The translations under genes were made by a program, and so were the position numbers. Source: Candidatus Coprovivens sp. (lineage in GTDB: Bacteria; Bacillota_I; Bacilli_A; RF39; UBA660). Taken from it: a DNA stretch of 43,809 bases. The stretch spans positions 1 to 43,809 of the forward strand of contig JAZOOK010000155.1 of the NCBI GenBank assembly GCA_045654965.1, written 5' to 3'. Numbering within the stretch: position 1 is the first letter of the stretch; every line of letters starts with the position of its first letter. Under the pieces are notes generated by a model that saw nothing but the letters and a program-made list of their open reading frames with translations, had not been told where the DNA came from and made no database searches. Below, piece after piece: positions 9,406-21,386 of the stretch.

Positions 9406-10026
9406 TTATTCTTCTTCTGTTTCTACATATCTAATTACTATGTGTCTATTAGGTTCTTCACCTTCACTAGCTGTTGATATATTTTTGAATTTTGTTAATA
9501 CGTTATGTATTATTCTTCTTTCATAAGAATTCATATTATCTAAGCTAACGTCTATTTTTGTTTTTTGAACTTCTTTAGCAATTCTCTTAGCAGTTCTTTC
9601 TAAGTTAGATATTTTCTTTTCTTTATAATTTTCAACATCTAATAATATATAAGGATACATTCCTATTTCGTTATGAACCATTTGTCTTAAAACAGTTTGA
9701 ATAGCCATTAGTGTTTGTCCATTCTTTCCGATTAAGATATTATTCTTATCTGAATACATTTTTATGTTGATTTGTTCATCTCTTACGTTTGTTTCGAATT
9801 GACATTCAATTCCCATATTTTCAAGTAGTTCAGCAAGTTTACCTTTTAAGAATACTGCTATATCAGATATTTTGATTGCGCTACATTTATAAGTTGTAGC
9901 CTTGAATAATTTCCCTTTTATTTCTTCTTCTTTGTAGAATATTTCTGTTTCACTAACATTTAATGCATCTAATGCTTTTTGTTTAGCGTCTTCTCTTGTT
10001 TTTCCTTCAAATACTTCTAACTTCAT
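9406..10026 (-). CDS. jag: RNA-binding protein Jag/EloR (Jag_N, KH, R3H)
   Basis: KH motif LIGKNGQTL, R3H motif ERRIIH, GEEPNRH; synteny after yidC. Confidence 0.95.
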   Translation of the reverse strand: MKLEVFEGKTREDAKQKALDALNVSETEIFYKEEEIKGKLFKATTYKCSAIKISDIAVFLKGKLAELLENMGIECQFETNVRDEQINIKMYSDKNNILIGKNGQTLMAIQTVLRQMVHNEIGMYPYILLDVENYKEKKISNLERTAKRIAKEVQKTKIDVSLDNMNSYERRIIHNVLTKFKNISTASEGEEPNRHIVIRYVETEEE

Positions 10027-10028
10027 AA

Positions 10029-10967
10029 CTAAATCCTCTTTTCAATAATTTTCTTAATTATTATATTTTGAATAACTGCAAATCCATTTGTTACTATCCA
10101 GTATAATGCTATAGCTGTTGGTAAGCTTAATGATGCAAATGAGATCATTATTATCATAAAGATAAACATAAATTTCATTTGTTGTTCCATTTCTGGAGTT
10201 TGATTTTGGCTACTCATTGAATTCTTAAATGATAAGAATGTCGATAAAATAATTAATACTATTAATACTATATAAATATAGTTTTGTCCAGCAATTCCTG
10301 CTGTTGGTGTCATTCCAAGGTTCATTCCTAAGAACTCTCCTTCGAATATTGCTGGTACCCTATTTATTGCTTCTAAGAAAGCAAAGAATAATGGTAATTG
10401 AATAAATGCTCCAAGACAACTACTTACTGGATTGATATTATATTTTTTGTATAACATCATAGTTTCTTGGCTTTTCATCATTAATGAATCGTTATCAGTT
10501 TTATTTTGATATTTCTTTTCAATTCTAGCCATTTCTGGTTGAATCTTTTTCATATTTTCAGATTGTTTTACTGTTTTTATTTGTAATGGCATCATTAATA
10601 TTCTTATTAATAATCCAATGATCATTACTGAAATACCCATATTTTTAATTAAATATCCAAGTTTTAATATTAACCATCCTAATGGTTTAACAAATATTGT
10701 TTCCCATAAACTTTGATATTCAAGTTTATTTGGAGTAAATGAACTACATGATGGTAAATCTTCTAATTTAACTTGAAGTTTATCATTGTATTTTTCATAT
10801 GTTTCTAGTAATTGTTTTTCTTCTGGTCTACATAAGATGTTTGAAGTTAATGTTTGACCAGTTTCCTTGTTAGTAACAACTTCCTTTCCATCTTTAATTG
10901 TTTCAGTACATCCTGTACAAAGTAGGAAAAGCAATGCTATTACTACAATTTTCATCTTTTTCTTCAC
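10029..10967 (-). CDS. yidC: Membrane protein insertase YidC/SpoIIIJ (lipoprotein type)
   Basis: Lipobox LCTGC; IRILMMPL, NPVSSCL, IQLPLF, LYWIV motifs; GTG start. Confidence 0.95.
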   Translation of the reverse strand: MKKKMKIVVIALLFLLCTGCTETIKDGKEVVTNKETGQTLTSNILCRPEEKQLLETYEKYNDKLQVKLEDLPSCSSFTPNKLEYQSLWETIFVKPLGWLILKLGYLIKNMGISVMIIGLLIRILMMPLQIKTVKQSENMKKIQPEMARIEKKYQNKTDNDSLMMKSQETMMLYKKYNINPVSSCLGAFIQLPLFFAFLEAINRVPAIFEGEFLGMNLGMTPTAGIAGQNYIYIVLIVLIILSTFLSFKNSMSSQNQTPEMEQQMKFMFIFMIIMISFASLSLPTAIALYWIVTNGFAVIQNIIIKKIIEKRI

Positions 10968-10977
10968 GTTCTCACCT

Positions 10978-11298
10978 TTATTTTTCTAATAATTCTACTA
11001 AGGCTCTATCCAAGGTTTTATAATCACTACCTACTGAACCTTTCCTAATCATTATAATATAATTATGTCCATTTTTGAATAAATTTCTATGATTATCTAT
11101 TATTGTTCTTGTTTGTCTTTTAAGCTTATTTCTAACTACGGCTTTTCCTAGTTTGTTACTTATGGCAATTCCATAGTTAATTTTGTCTTCTTCTTTCCTT
11201 ATATTATATATAACGAAAAAATTGTTCTTAATAAACTTGCCGTTTCTTATTATATTATTAAAAAGTTTTTGATCTTTTATAGTTTCAATTCTCTTCAT
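10978..11298 (-). CDS. rnpA: Ribonuclease P protein component
   Basis: GIAISNKLGKAVVRNKLKRQ (RNR motif); synteny. Confidence 0.95.
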   Translation of the reverse strand: MKRIETIKDQKLFNNIIRNGKFIKNNFFVIYNIRKEEDKINYGIAISNKLGKAVVRNKLKRQTRTIIDNHRNLFKNGHNYIIMIRKGSVGSDYKTLDRALVELLEK

Positions 11299-11323
11299 AC
11301 CAGTCATCCCTTTTTTAATACAT

Positions 11324-11346
11324 AAAAAACCACTTGGTTAAGTGGC
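11324..11346 (-). terminator. Intrinsic terminator after rpmH
   Basis: Minus strand GCCACTT-aacc-AAGTGGT followed by a T run. Confidence 0.75.
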
Positions 11347-11472
11347 TTATTTAACAACGATTTTTTTACGTCCTTTTTTTCTTCTTGAATTTAGAATATT
11401 GCTTTCTTTTCTAGCAAAGAAACCATGTTTTTTTGCTCTTTTTCTATTATTTGGTTGATAAGTTCTTTTCAT
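11347..11472 (-). CDS. rpmH: 50S ribosomal protein L34 (41 aa; missing from ORF track)
   Basis: [41 protein letters not shown]; GGAGGTG RBS. Confidence 0.96.
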   Translation of the reverse strand: MKRTYQPNNRKRAKKHGFFARKESNILNSRRKKGRKKIVVK

Positions 11473-11506
11473 TATATTACACCTCCACATCTAAATAAGC
11501 CCTTAT

Positions 11507-11536
11507 ATTATAACTACATCTCAGAAAAAATGTCAA
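11507..11536 (-). promoter_or_regulatory. sigmaA promoter for rpmH
   Basis: TTGACA-18bp-TATAAT on the minus strand. Confidence 0.85.
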
Positions 11537-11576
11537 GAAATATATTATTTAATGTGAATTTTTATGTTTTTTTGAG

Positions 11577-11780
11577 TTATCCACAAATTAGTTGTGGATA
11601 TGTGGATAACTTTTTGCACATGTTAATTTATAAATTGTGGATTATGTGGATAAATAGGGGAATGGCCCTTTTTTTAGGTGTTCGTCTGTTAGTATTTTTG
11701 TGAATAAACTGTGAATACTATTTTTTTCTAAAATTAGTCCTTTTATTTTTCCACAGGTTGAGTTAAAATATTTGTACACA
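11577..11780. other. oriC part 1: DnaA-box cluster upstream of dnaA
   Basis: Consensus boxes at 11577-11585, 11601-11609, 11645-11653 and 11699-11707; near-matches at 11593, 11636, 11710 and 11747. Gene orientation flips here. Confidence 0.92.
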
Positions 11781-11799
11781 AATGGTTCGAAGTGGGGTG

Positions 11800-13170
11800 A
11801 TGGAATTGAATTTTGATGATATTTGGACAAAAGTCTTGGATATTTTAAGAGAAGAACTTAGTCCAATGTCTTTTAATACTTGGATTCAACCTACTAAGTT
11901 ACATAATATTACGGATGATAAAATAACTTTGTTAGTAGAAATGCCTTTAGCTAAGAAAATAATAGAAAAAGCTTGTAAAGATTATTTGATTAATGCATTT
12001 ACTACTGTTTTAGGGGAAGAAAAGACTATTGAGTATGTTTTAGAAGAAGAAATTACTGATAAAACTGAGAATTTAGTTAGTAAAGTTGTAGATAATAAAG
12101 AAACTCCTAGTGTTTCTAGTAAAATATTTGAAAGTAATTTAAATAAAGCTCTTACTTTTGAAAATTTCGTAGTAGGGGATACTAATAAATTTGCTAGAAC
12201 TGCTGCTTTTGCAGTAGCTGAATCTCCAGGAACTTTGTATAATCCTTTATTTATATATGGTAAAAGTGGGTTAGGTAAGACTCACTTGATGCATGCTATA
12301 GGGAATTATATTAATGAAACTAATAAGAATTTAAAGGTTTTATATACTACTAGTGACGATTTCTTAAAAGATTTTACAGGGATTGCTAGTAATAGTGGGA
12401 ATTCTGCGGATTATGCCAACGATTTTATAGATAAATATAGAAATATAGACGTTCTTATAATAGATGATATTCAATATTTAGTTGGTGCAGATAAAACACA
12501 AGAAGAGTTTTTCCACACTTTTAACCATTTACATACTAATAAAAAGCAAATAATAATAAGTTCAGATAGATCGCCTGAAGACCTTAAATTATTAGAAGAG
12601 CGTCTTAGAAGCCGCTTTGCTTGGGGACTTCCTGTAGATATATATCCTCCAGATTTTGAATTAAGATGTAGGATTGTAAAAGAAAAAATATCTAAACTTA
12701 CAATAGCAAGTAAAATGACTGATGATGCTATAGAATATATTGCACAAAACTGTGATACTGACGTTAGAGCATTAGAAGGAGGAATTGCTAGATTAAGTGC
12801 TTATACTTCTATGATTGTTCCTGATATTATAGATGTAGAGTTTACTAATGAAGCATTAAAAGACTATATAAAGACTAATCCTTATGTATCTAATGATATT
12901 GCTAGTATTCAAAAAGCAGTTGCAGATTACTATAAATTAACTGTAGAAGTACTAAAAGGTAAGAAAAGAAGTGCTAATATAGCTTATCCAAGAATGGTTG
13001 CTATGTATATGTGTAGAACATTAACTGATCAATCTTTCCCTAGAATAGGGCTAGAATTTGGTGGTAAAGACCATTCTACAGTAATTCATGCAGTTGATAA
13101 GATAACTGAAGATTTAAAAACTAACAGTCAATTAAAAGAAATTATTAATGAAATAAAATCTAAATTATAA
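11800..13170 (+). CDS. dnaA: Chromosomal replication initiator DnaA
   Basis: YNPLFIYGKSGLGKTHL, LIIDDIQ, RLRSRF, GGKDHSTV motifs. Confidence 0.98.
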   Translation: MELNFDDIWTKVLDILREELSPMSFNTWIQPTKLHNITDDKITLLVEMPLAKKIIEKACKDYLINAFTTVLGEEKTIEYVLEEEITDKTENLVSKVVDNKETPSVSSKIFESNLNKALTFENFVVGDTNKFARTAAFAVAESPGTLYNPLFIYGKSGLGKTHLMHAIGNYINETNKNLKVLYTTSDDFLKDFTGIASNSGNSADYANDFIDKYRNIDVLIIDDIQYLVGADKTQEEFFHTFNHLHTNKKQIIISSDRSPEDLKLLEERLRSRFAWGLPVDIYPPDFELRCRIVKEKISKLTIASKMTDDAIEYIAQNCDTDVRALEGGIARLSAYTSMIVPDIIDVEFTNEALKDYIKTNPYVSNDIASIQKAVADYYKLTVEVLKGKKRSANIAYPRMVAMYMCRTLTDQSFPRIGLEFGGKDHSTVIHAVDKITEDLKTNSQLKEIINEIKSKL

Positions 13171-13173
13171 AGT

Positions 13174-13300
13174 TGTGGGTAAGTTCAATGTTATCCACAT
13201 AGTTATTCATAGGCTTTTGGCCCTATAATTGTGGAGAAAAATGGAGTTATCAACATAATCCACAGCATAATAATAATAATTAATATAAAAAATAATATAA
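13174..13300. other. oriC part 2: DnaA boxes, DnaA-trio repeats and AT-rich unwinding element
   Basis: TTATCCACA at 13191-13199; tandem TTATCAACA-TAATCCACA at 13247-13264, then GC, (ATA)4 at 13267-13278 and an AT-only tract. Confidence 0.88.
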
Positions 13301-13316
13301 GAAAGAAGGAATTGGA

Positions 13317-14435
13317 ATGAAATTTACAATTGGAAAAAATTTATTATTAGAAAATTTATCTAATGTTGTTAAAGCTATTTCTACTAAAAATATAATACCT
13401 ATATTAAATGGTGTTAAATTCGAATTAAATGATGAAGGATTATTTTTAACAGCTAGTGATAGTGAATTAACAATTAGAGCATTTATAGGAAAAAAGGAAA
13501 TTACTAATGTAGAAAAAGAAGGATCTATTATTATTCAAAGTAAGTATATTTTAGATATTATTAGAAAAATGCCATCTGATACTATTAATTTTGAATTAAT
13601 GGATGGTTTAAAAATAAAAATTTATTCAGATAATTCACAATATGATTTAAATTGTTTAGATCCTAAAGAATATCCTAGTTTAAAATTAGAAGAATCTAAT
13701 AATCCTATAGTAGTAGATGGAAATACATTTAAAACTATTATTAGTCAAACTGCATTTGCTATATCTACACAAGAACTTAGACCTTTACTTACAGGTTTAA
13801 ATTTTAAAATAGTAGGTGATGTATTTGAATGTATTGCTACAGACTCATATAGATTAGCTAAAAAGAATATAAAACTTAATGTTCCTTCTGAAGAAGAAAT
13901 AAATATTGTTATTCCTGGTAAAAATATTATGGAATTAGATAAAATCATTTCTGACGAAGAAAACGTTGAAATGCATGTATTTAGCAACAAAGTGTTGTTT
14001 AAATATAAAAATATCATATTCCAAAGTAATTTATTATCTGGAACATATCCTAATACTTCTAATTTAATACCTAATGACTTTGCTATTATAGTTAATACTA
14101 AGTTAAATGCTTATGAAGGAGCTATAGATAGAGCTGCTTTATTAACTCAAAGTAAAGATAAGAATATTGTTAAAATGAAAATTAAAAATAATCAAATGAC
14201 AATAAATTCTTATGCTTCTGAAATTGGTAAAGTTGAAGAAAAATTAAACGTAGAAACATCAACAGATGCAAATATTGATATTTCATTTAGTGCTAAATAT
14301 ATGTTAGATGCATTAAAAACAATGAAAGATGAAGAAATATTAATATTATTAAATGGTGAAGTTAAACCAATAGTTATTAAATCTATGACAGATGAATCAC
14401 TAATTCAATTAATTTTACCTATTAAAACTTATTAA
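13317..14435 (+). CDS. dnaN: DNA polymerase III beta clamp
   Basis: ATDSYRLA and C-terminal LILPIKTY; synteny. Confidence 0.98.
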   Translation: MKFTIGKNLLLENLSNVVKAISTKNIIPILNGVKFELNDEGLFLTASDSELTIRAFIGKKEITNVEKEGSIIIQSKYILDIIRKMPSDTINFELMDGLKIKIYSDNSQYDLNCLDPKEYPSLKLEESNNPIVVDGNTFKTIISQTAFAISTQELRPLLTGLNFKIVGDVFECIATDSYRLAKKNIKLNVPSEEEINIVIPGKNIMELDKIISDEENVEMHVFSNKVLFKYKNIIFQSNLLSGTYPNTSNLIPNDFAIIVNTKLNAYEGAIDRAALLTQSKDKNIVKMKIKNNQMTINSYASEIGKVEEKLNVETSTDANIDISFSAKYMLDALKTMKDEEILILLNGEVKPIVIKSMTDESLIQLILPIKTY

Positions 14436-14446
14436 TTTTGATAATT

Positions 14447-14481
14447 AGAACACTAATAATAGAAAAGTGTTCTTTTTTTTT
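14447..14481 (+). terminator. Intrinsic terminator after dnaN
   Basis: AGAACACT...AGTGTTCT followed by a long T run. Confidence 0.8.
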
Positions 14482-14496
14482 GCAAATAACTTATAA

Positions 14497-14523
14497 ATCG
14501 ACAAAAGTAGTCTTTTTTCGACA
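14497..14523. promoter_or_regulatory. Candidate Spo0A boxes upstream of comK
   Basis: TTCGACA at 14517-14523 (reverse of TGTCGAA) and ATCGACA at 14497-14503, 20 bp apart. Confidence 0.45.
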
Positions 14524-14574
14524 TATTTTGGGGTTATAAGATTGGTAAATTTTGGAAAGAAGGAGGTTTTGTGC

Positions 14575-15030
14575 ATGGATTCATATGAAATTAATAAGGA
14601 AACGGTTGCATTAATTCCAAAAGATGAAAATACTACTATTGTTTATGAAGTGGATAACTCTTTTGTTATCAACAAACCTACATTAAAAATAGTGGAAGAA
14701 AGTTGTGAGTACTTTGGTAGTTCATTAGAAGGGAGACAGATAGGAACATCTAATTTAGTTGGTTTTACTCATAAAGTTCCAGTTATAATAGAAGAAAGTT
14801 TCAATTTAATATTTTTTCCTACTGCATCACCTAAGAACGAAGAATGTACATGGTTGGCTTATGAACATATTTTTAAACCAGATAGCTTTAAAGATAAGAC
14901 AATTTTAGAGTTAAAAAATGGTAAAAAAATAATAGTAAATGTTTCAACTCCGATCATTCATAATCAACTTTATAGATGCTCTAGATTAAAAGAATCTTTA
15001 ATGATGAGAAAAATTAACAAAAATGACTAA
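14575..15030 (+). CDS. comK: ComK-family competence transcription factor
   Basis: SYEINKETVALIP, KIVEESCEYFGSSLEGR, HKVPVII, FFPTASP..ECTWL, NGKKI..NQLYR match B. subtilis ComK as recalled (SYEVN, SCRFFGSSYAGR, HKPPI, FPT, CGWI, NQVYR); AGGAGG RBS. Confidence 0.88.
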   Translation: MDSYEINKETVALIPKDENTTIVYEVDNSFVINKPTLKIVEESCEYFGSSLEGRQIGTSNLVGFTHKVPVIIEESFNLIFFPTASPKNEECTWLAYEHIFKPDSFKDKTILELKNGKKIIVNVSTPIIHNQLYRCSRLKESLMMRKINKND

Positions 15031-15037
15031 AAATGTC

Positions 15038-15065
15038 AAAAAAGCTACCTTACGTGGCTTTTTTT
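15038..15065 (+). terminator. Intrinsic terminator after comK
   Basis: AAAGCTAC-cttac-GTGGCTTT followed by a T run. Confidence 0.7.
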
Positions 15066-15066
15066 G

Positions 15067-15075
15067 TGGTATAAT
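15067..15075 (+). promoter_or_regulatory. Extended -10 promoter for recF-gyrB-gyrA
   Basis: TGgTATAAT immediately after the comK terminator. Confidence 0.6.
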
Positions 15076-15142
15076 TACTTTGAGGTATAGGAGTACTCAA
15101 AAAACACTTTTTTTTATTATCGGTCGTAAAAGAGGCTTAAAA

Positions 15143-18146
<3,004 letters not shown>

Positions 18147-18158
18147 GAGGTGTTGGTT

Positions 18159-20738
18159 GTGGATAGATTAGAACAAAATAATATTGTTAAAGAGGTTAGA
18201 GATTCATTCTTAGATTATTCCATGAGTGTTATTGTTGCTCGTGCGTTACCTGATTTAAGAGATGGTTTAAAACCTGTTCACAGAAGAATTTTATATTCAA
18301 TGTATGAATCTGGTTATACACCTGATAAACCTCATAAAAAGAGTGCTAGAATTGTTGGAGACGTAATGGGGAAATACCATCCACATGGTGACTCGTCTAT
18401 TTACGAAGCAATGGTTCGTATGGCACAAGATTTTAGTTATAGATATATGCTTGTTGATGGACATGGTAACTTTGGTAATATCGAAGGTTATGGTGCAGCA
18501 GCGATGCGTTATACAGAGTCTAGATTATCTAAGATGTCTTTAGAATTATTAAGAGATATCAACAAGGATACTGTAGATATGATACCTAACTTCGATGATT
18601 CTGAGAGAGAACCAGCTATATTACCTTCTAGATTCCCAAATATACTAGTTAATGGTACAATGGGTATTGCAGTAGGTATGGCAACTAATATTCCACCTCA
18701 TAATTTAGGTGAAGTTATTGATGGTTGTGTAGCAGTTATTGACAATCCGGATATCGAATTAGAAGAATTAATGACAATAGTTAAAGGACCTGATTTTCCT
18801 ACTGGAGCTAGTATTTTAGGTAATTCTGGTATTAGAAGAGCTTATGAAACTGGTAGAGGTTCAATTACTATTAGAAGTAAAGCTACTATTGAAGAAAAGA
18901 ATGGTAGACAATATATAGTTGTTGATGAAGTTCCTTATGGTGTTAATACTTTAGATTTAAAAAATAAAGTTGCTGATTTAGTACATAATAAGGTTATTGA
19001 TGGTATTACAGATTATCATACTGATTTAAAGAATGGTATTAAGATTACAATTACTTTAAAGAAAGATGCTAATGCACAAGTAATATTAAATCAACTTTAT
19101 AAACATACTGATTTTCAAACAAATTATGGAATTATTTTCTTGATGTTAGATCAAGGAGTTCCAAGAACTTTAGGATTAAAAGATATATTAACTAAATATA
19201 TTGATTATCAAAAAGAAGTTATAATTAGAAGAACTAAGTTTAATTTGGATAAAGCTGAGAAAGAAGCTCATATTTATGAAGGTTTGAAAATTGCTTTAGA
19301 TAACATTGATGAAGTAATTAATTTAATTAGATCAGCAGAAAGTGATAAAGAAGCTTTAACTGGATTAATGACTAGATTCGGCTTAACTGAAGTTCAGGCA
19401 CAAGCTATTCTGGATATGAGATTAAGAAGACTAACAGGATTAGAACGTGATAAAATTGAAGCTAAATTAGCTGAATTATTAAAAGAAATTGATGAATTAA
19501 GATCTATTTTAGCTAGTGAACAAAAAGTTCTTAATATTATTAAAGAAGAAATGATTGAAATTAAGAATAAATTTGGTGATGAAAGACGTACTAAGATTGA
19601 TATGACTGCAATAGATTATATTGAAGATGAGTCTTTAATACCAAATGAAGATGTTATTATTGCTTTAACTAACAAAGGTTATATTAAGAGAACTACATCT
19701 GATACATTTAAATCTCAAAATAGAGGTGGAGTTGGTATTAAGGGTATGGCTACTAACGAAGAGGATTTCGTTGAACATATGATTAATATTCAAACTCATG
19801 ATGATGTTATGTTCTTTACTAATAAGGGTAAGGTTTATAGATTAAGAGGATATGAAATTCCTGAATATAGTAGACAATCTAAGGGATTACCTGTTGTTAA
19901 CTTGATTCAAGTTGATAAAGATGAAATGGTTAATTCTATAATTAAGGTTACTAAGGATGAAATTGAGACTGTTAATAACTTGATTTTTGTTACTAAGTCT
20001 GGTCTTGTTAAACGTACTTCTTTAGAGGAATTTAAAAATATTCGTCAAAGTGGTAAGATTTGTATTACATTAAAAGAAGACGATGAATTAATTGCTGTTA
20101 AGAAGACTACAGGTAATGATTTTGTATTATTAGGATCAAGTAATGGTCGTATGGTCAAATTTAATGAAAATGACGTCCGTATAATGGGAAGAACAGCTTC
20201 TGGAGTAAAAGGTATTGAATTAGATGATTCGTCTTGTATTGGGGCTGAAATTGCGTCAGAAGACGATGTTGTAATTATAGTTACTAAGAAGGGGTATGGA
20301 AAACAAACAACTGTTCGTGATTATAGAGAAACAAAACGTGGTTCTAAGGGTGTAAAAGCTTTAAGTATTACTGATAAAAATGGTGATATTGCTGCATTTA
20401 AGATAGCTAGACCAGATACTGATATAGTTATTATTACAGATGCAGGTATGGTTATGAGAATGCCATTAGATCAAATATCTGTTTTAGGTCGTGTAACTCA
20501 AGGAGTTAGATTAATAAACTTGAAAGATGACCATACAGTTGCTACAATTAGTTTAGTTGATAAAGAAAAAGAGGAAGAACTAACTGAAGAAGTTGTTGAA
20601 AACTCTGAAGTTATCAACAACGATAATTCTGATATAATAGAATTAGCTGAAAGAGAAATTGCAGCAGCAGAGGAAAATGAAAATAGTGAAGTAGTTGATG
20701 AAGCTGCTGGTGAAAATTTAGAAGTTTCTGAAAATTAG
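18159..20738 (+). CDS. gyrA: DNA gyrase subunit A with acidic C-terminal tail
   Basis: [27 protein letters not shown], GyrA-box QNRGGVG; GTG start at 18159 (or 18150). Confidence 0.98.
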   Translation: MDRLEQNNIVKEVRDSFLDYSMSVIVARALPDLRDGLKPVHRRILYSMYESGYTPDKPHKKSARIVGDVMGKYHPHGDSSIYEAMVRMAQDFSYRYMLVDGHGNFGNIEGYGAAAMRYTESRLSKMSLELLRDINKDTVDMIPNFDDSEREPAILPSRFPNILVNGTMGIAVGMATNIPPHNLGEVIDGCVAVIDNPDIELEELMTIVKGPDFPTGASILGNSGIRRAYETGRGSITIRSKATIEEKNGRQYIVVDEVPYGVNTLDLKNKVADLVHNKVIDGITDYHTDLKNGIKITITLKKDANAQVILNQLYKHTDFQTNYGIIFLMLDQGVPRTLGLKDILTKYIDYQKEVIIRRTKFNLDKAEKEAHIYEGLKIALDNIDEVINLIRSAESDKEALTGLMTRFGLTEVQAQAILDMRLRRLTGLERDKIEAKLAELLKEIDELRSILASEQKVLNIIKEEMIEIKNKFGDERRTKIDMTAIDYIEDESLIPNEDVIIALTNKGYIKRTTSDTFKSQNRGGVGIKGMATNEEDFVEHMINIQTHDDVMFFTNKGKVYRLRGYEIPEYSRQSKGLPVVNLIQVDKDEMVNSIIKVTKDEIETVNNLIFVTKSGLVKRTSLEEFKNIRQSGKICITLKEDDELIAVKKTTGNDFVLLGSSNGRMVKFNENDVRIMGRTASGVKGIELDDSSCIGAEIASEDDVVIIVTKKGYGKQTTVRDYRETKRGSKGVKALSITDKNGDIAAFKIARPDTDIVIITDAGMVMRMPLDQISVLGRVTQGVRLINLKDDHTVATISLVDKEKEEELTEEVVENSEVINNDNSDIIELAEREIAAAEENENSEVVDEAAGENLEVSEN

Positions 20739-20751
20739 TTGTGAATTACTA

Positions 20752-20767
20752 AGTTTCACGTGGAACT
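20752..20767. promoter_or_regulatory. parS site 1
   Basis: AGTTTCACGTGGAACT versus consensus TGTTNCACGTGAAACA. Confidence 0.85.
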
Positions 20768-20958
20768 TATCAAAATAGTACTTAATTTCCTTGATTTTTG
20801 AAGTACAAAACAGGCTTCAAGGCCCGGAAATTAGGCAAAAATCTTAAATTTTAAATAAAAATAATAGGAATTGAGATACGAATCGACGATATGTTGGTCA
20901 TCTCAATTCTTTTTATATGCATAATTTTTTTTATTAAAAAATAAGTTGTGGAAAACTA

Positions 20959-20974
20959 TGTTTCACGTGGAACA
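20959..20974. promoter_or_regulatory. parS site 2
   Basis: TGTTTCACGTGGAACA, perfect consensus on the reverse strand. Confidence 0.92.
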
Positions 20975-21035
20975 TTATATTTTATTTTTTGTCAACATCG
21001 AATAACATTATTTTTTATACTAGACACATATTTGA

Positions 21036-21051
21036 TGTTTCACGTGGAACT
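21036..21051. promoter_or_regulatory. parS site 3
   Basis: TGTTTCACGTGGAACT. Confidence 0.9.
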
Positions 21052-21199
21052 TTTTGTTTGTTGATAAATATATGGTTTGTTTTATAAAAAATCTTTATTG
21101 TTTTGATGGGGAAATAAAATGTTGATAGTTTTGACTAAATTATTTCCCAAGGTCAATTGTTATCTCTGGGAAATAAAGTAGTTTGTTTCTTTGTTAGAT

Positions 21200-21215
21200 T
21201 ATTTCCCGGAAAATA
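21200..21215. promoter_or_regulatory. Noc-binding site (1 mismatch) with flanking half-sites
   Basis: TATTTCCCGGAAAATA; half-sites at 21109, 21141 and 21168. Confidence 0.75.
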
Positions 21216-21232
21216 AAAGCTGTGAGTTTACA

Positions 21233-21248
21233 TGTTTCACGTGAAACC
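21233..21248. promoter_or_regulatory. parS site 4
   Basis: TGTTTCACGTGAAACC. Confidence 0.9.
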
Positions 21249-21261
21249 TTAATATTTGTTA

Positions 21262-21290
21262 TTGACTATAAATAATTAATTTGTTAATAT
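21262..21290 (+). promoter_or_regulatory. sigmaA promoter for the SRP RNA
   Basis: TTGACT-17bp-TAATAT with TG extension. Confidence 0.75.
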
Positions 21291-21296
21291 TAGTTC

Positions 21297-21367
21297 GTGC
21301 AACAAGTATATTGTAACCTGGTCAGGACCGGAAGGTAGCAGCCACATCAATCCCTATTTGTGTGCAC
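21297..21367 (+). ncRNA. ffs: Small signal recognition particle RNA (4.5S type)
   Basis: Domain IV TGGTCAGGACCGGAAGGTAGCAGCCA with GGAA tetraloop; closing stem GTGCA/TGCAC followed by a T run. Confidence 0.92.
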
Positions 21368-21386
21368 TTTTTTTATGGGTGATGTT

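Noticed and set aside
11425-11830. ORFs 11425-11703 (+) and 11642-11830 (-)
   Set aside because: They run across rpmH, its promoter and the DnaA boxes, with no coding features.
15099-15111. ComK AT-box AAAA-N5-TTTT before recF
   Set aside because: Single unpaired box in A/T runs; expected by chance at this base composition.
15023-15142. N-terminal extension of RecF (similarly for HAD, Pth, MetG and DUF2304)
   Set aside because: The extensions cross terminators, promoters or upstream genes; downstream starts have an RBS and match family N-termini.
20752-21248. Four near-identical 16-bp palindromes as a CRISPR array
   Set aside because: Irregular spacing (207, 77, 197 bp), repeats too short, no cas genes, and they match the parS consensus.
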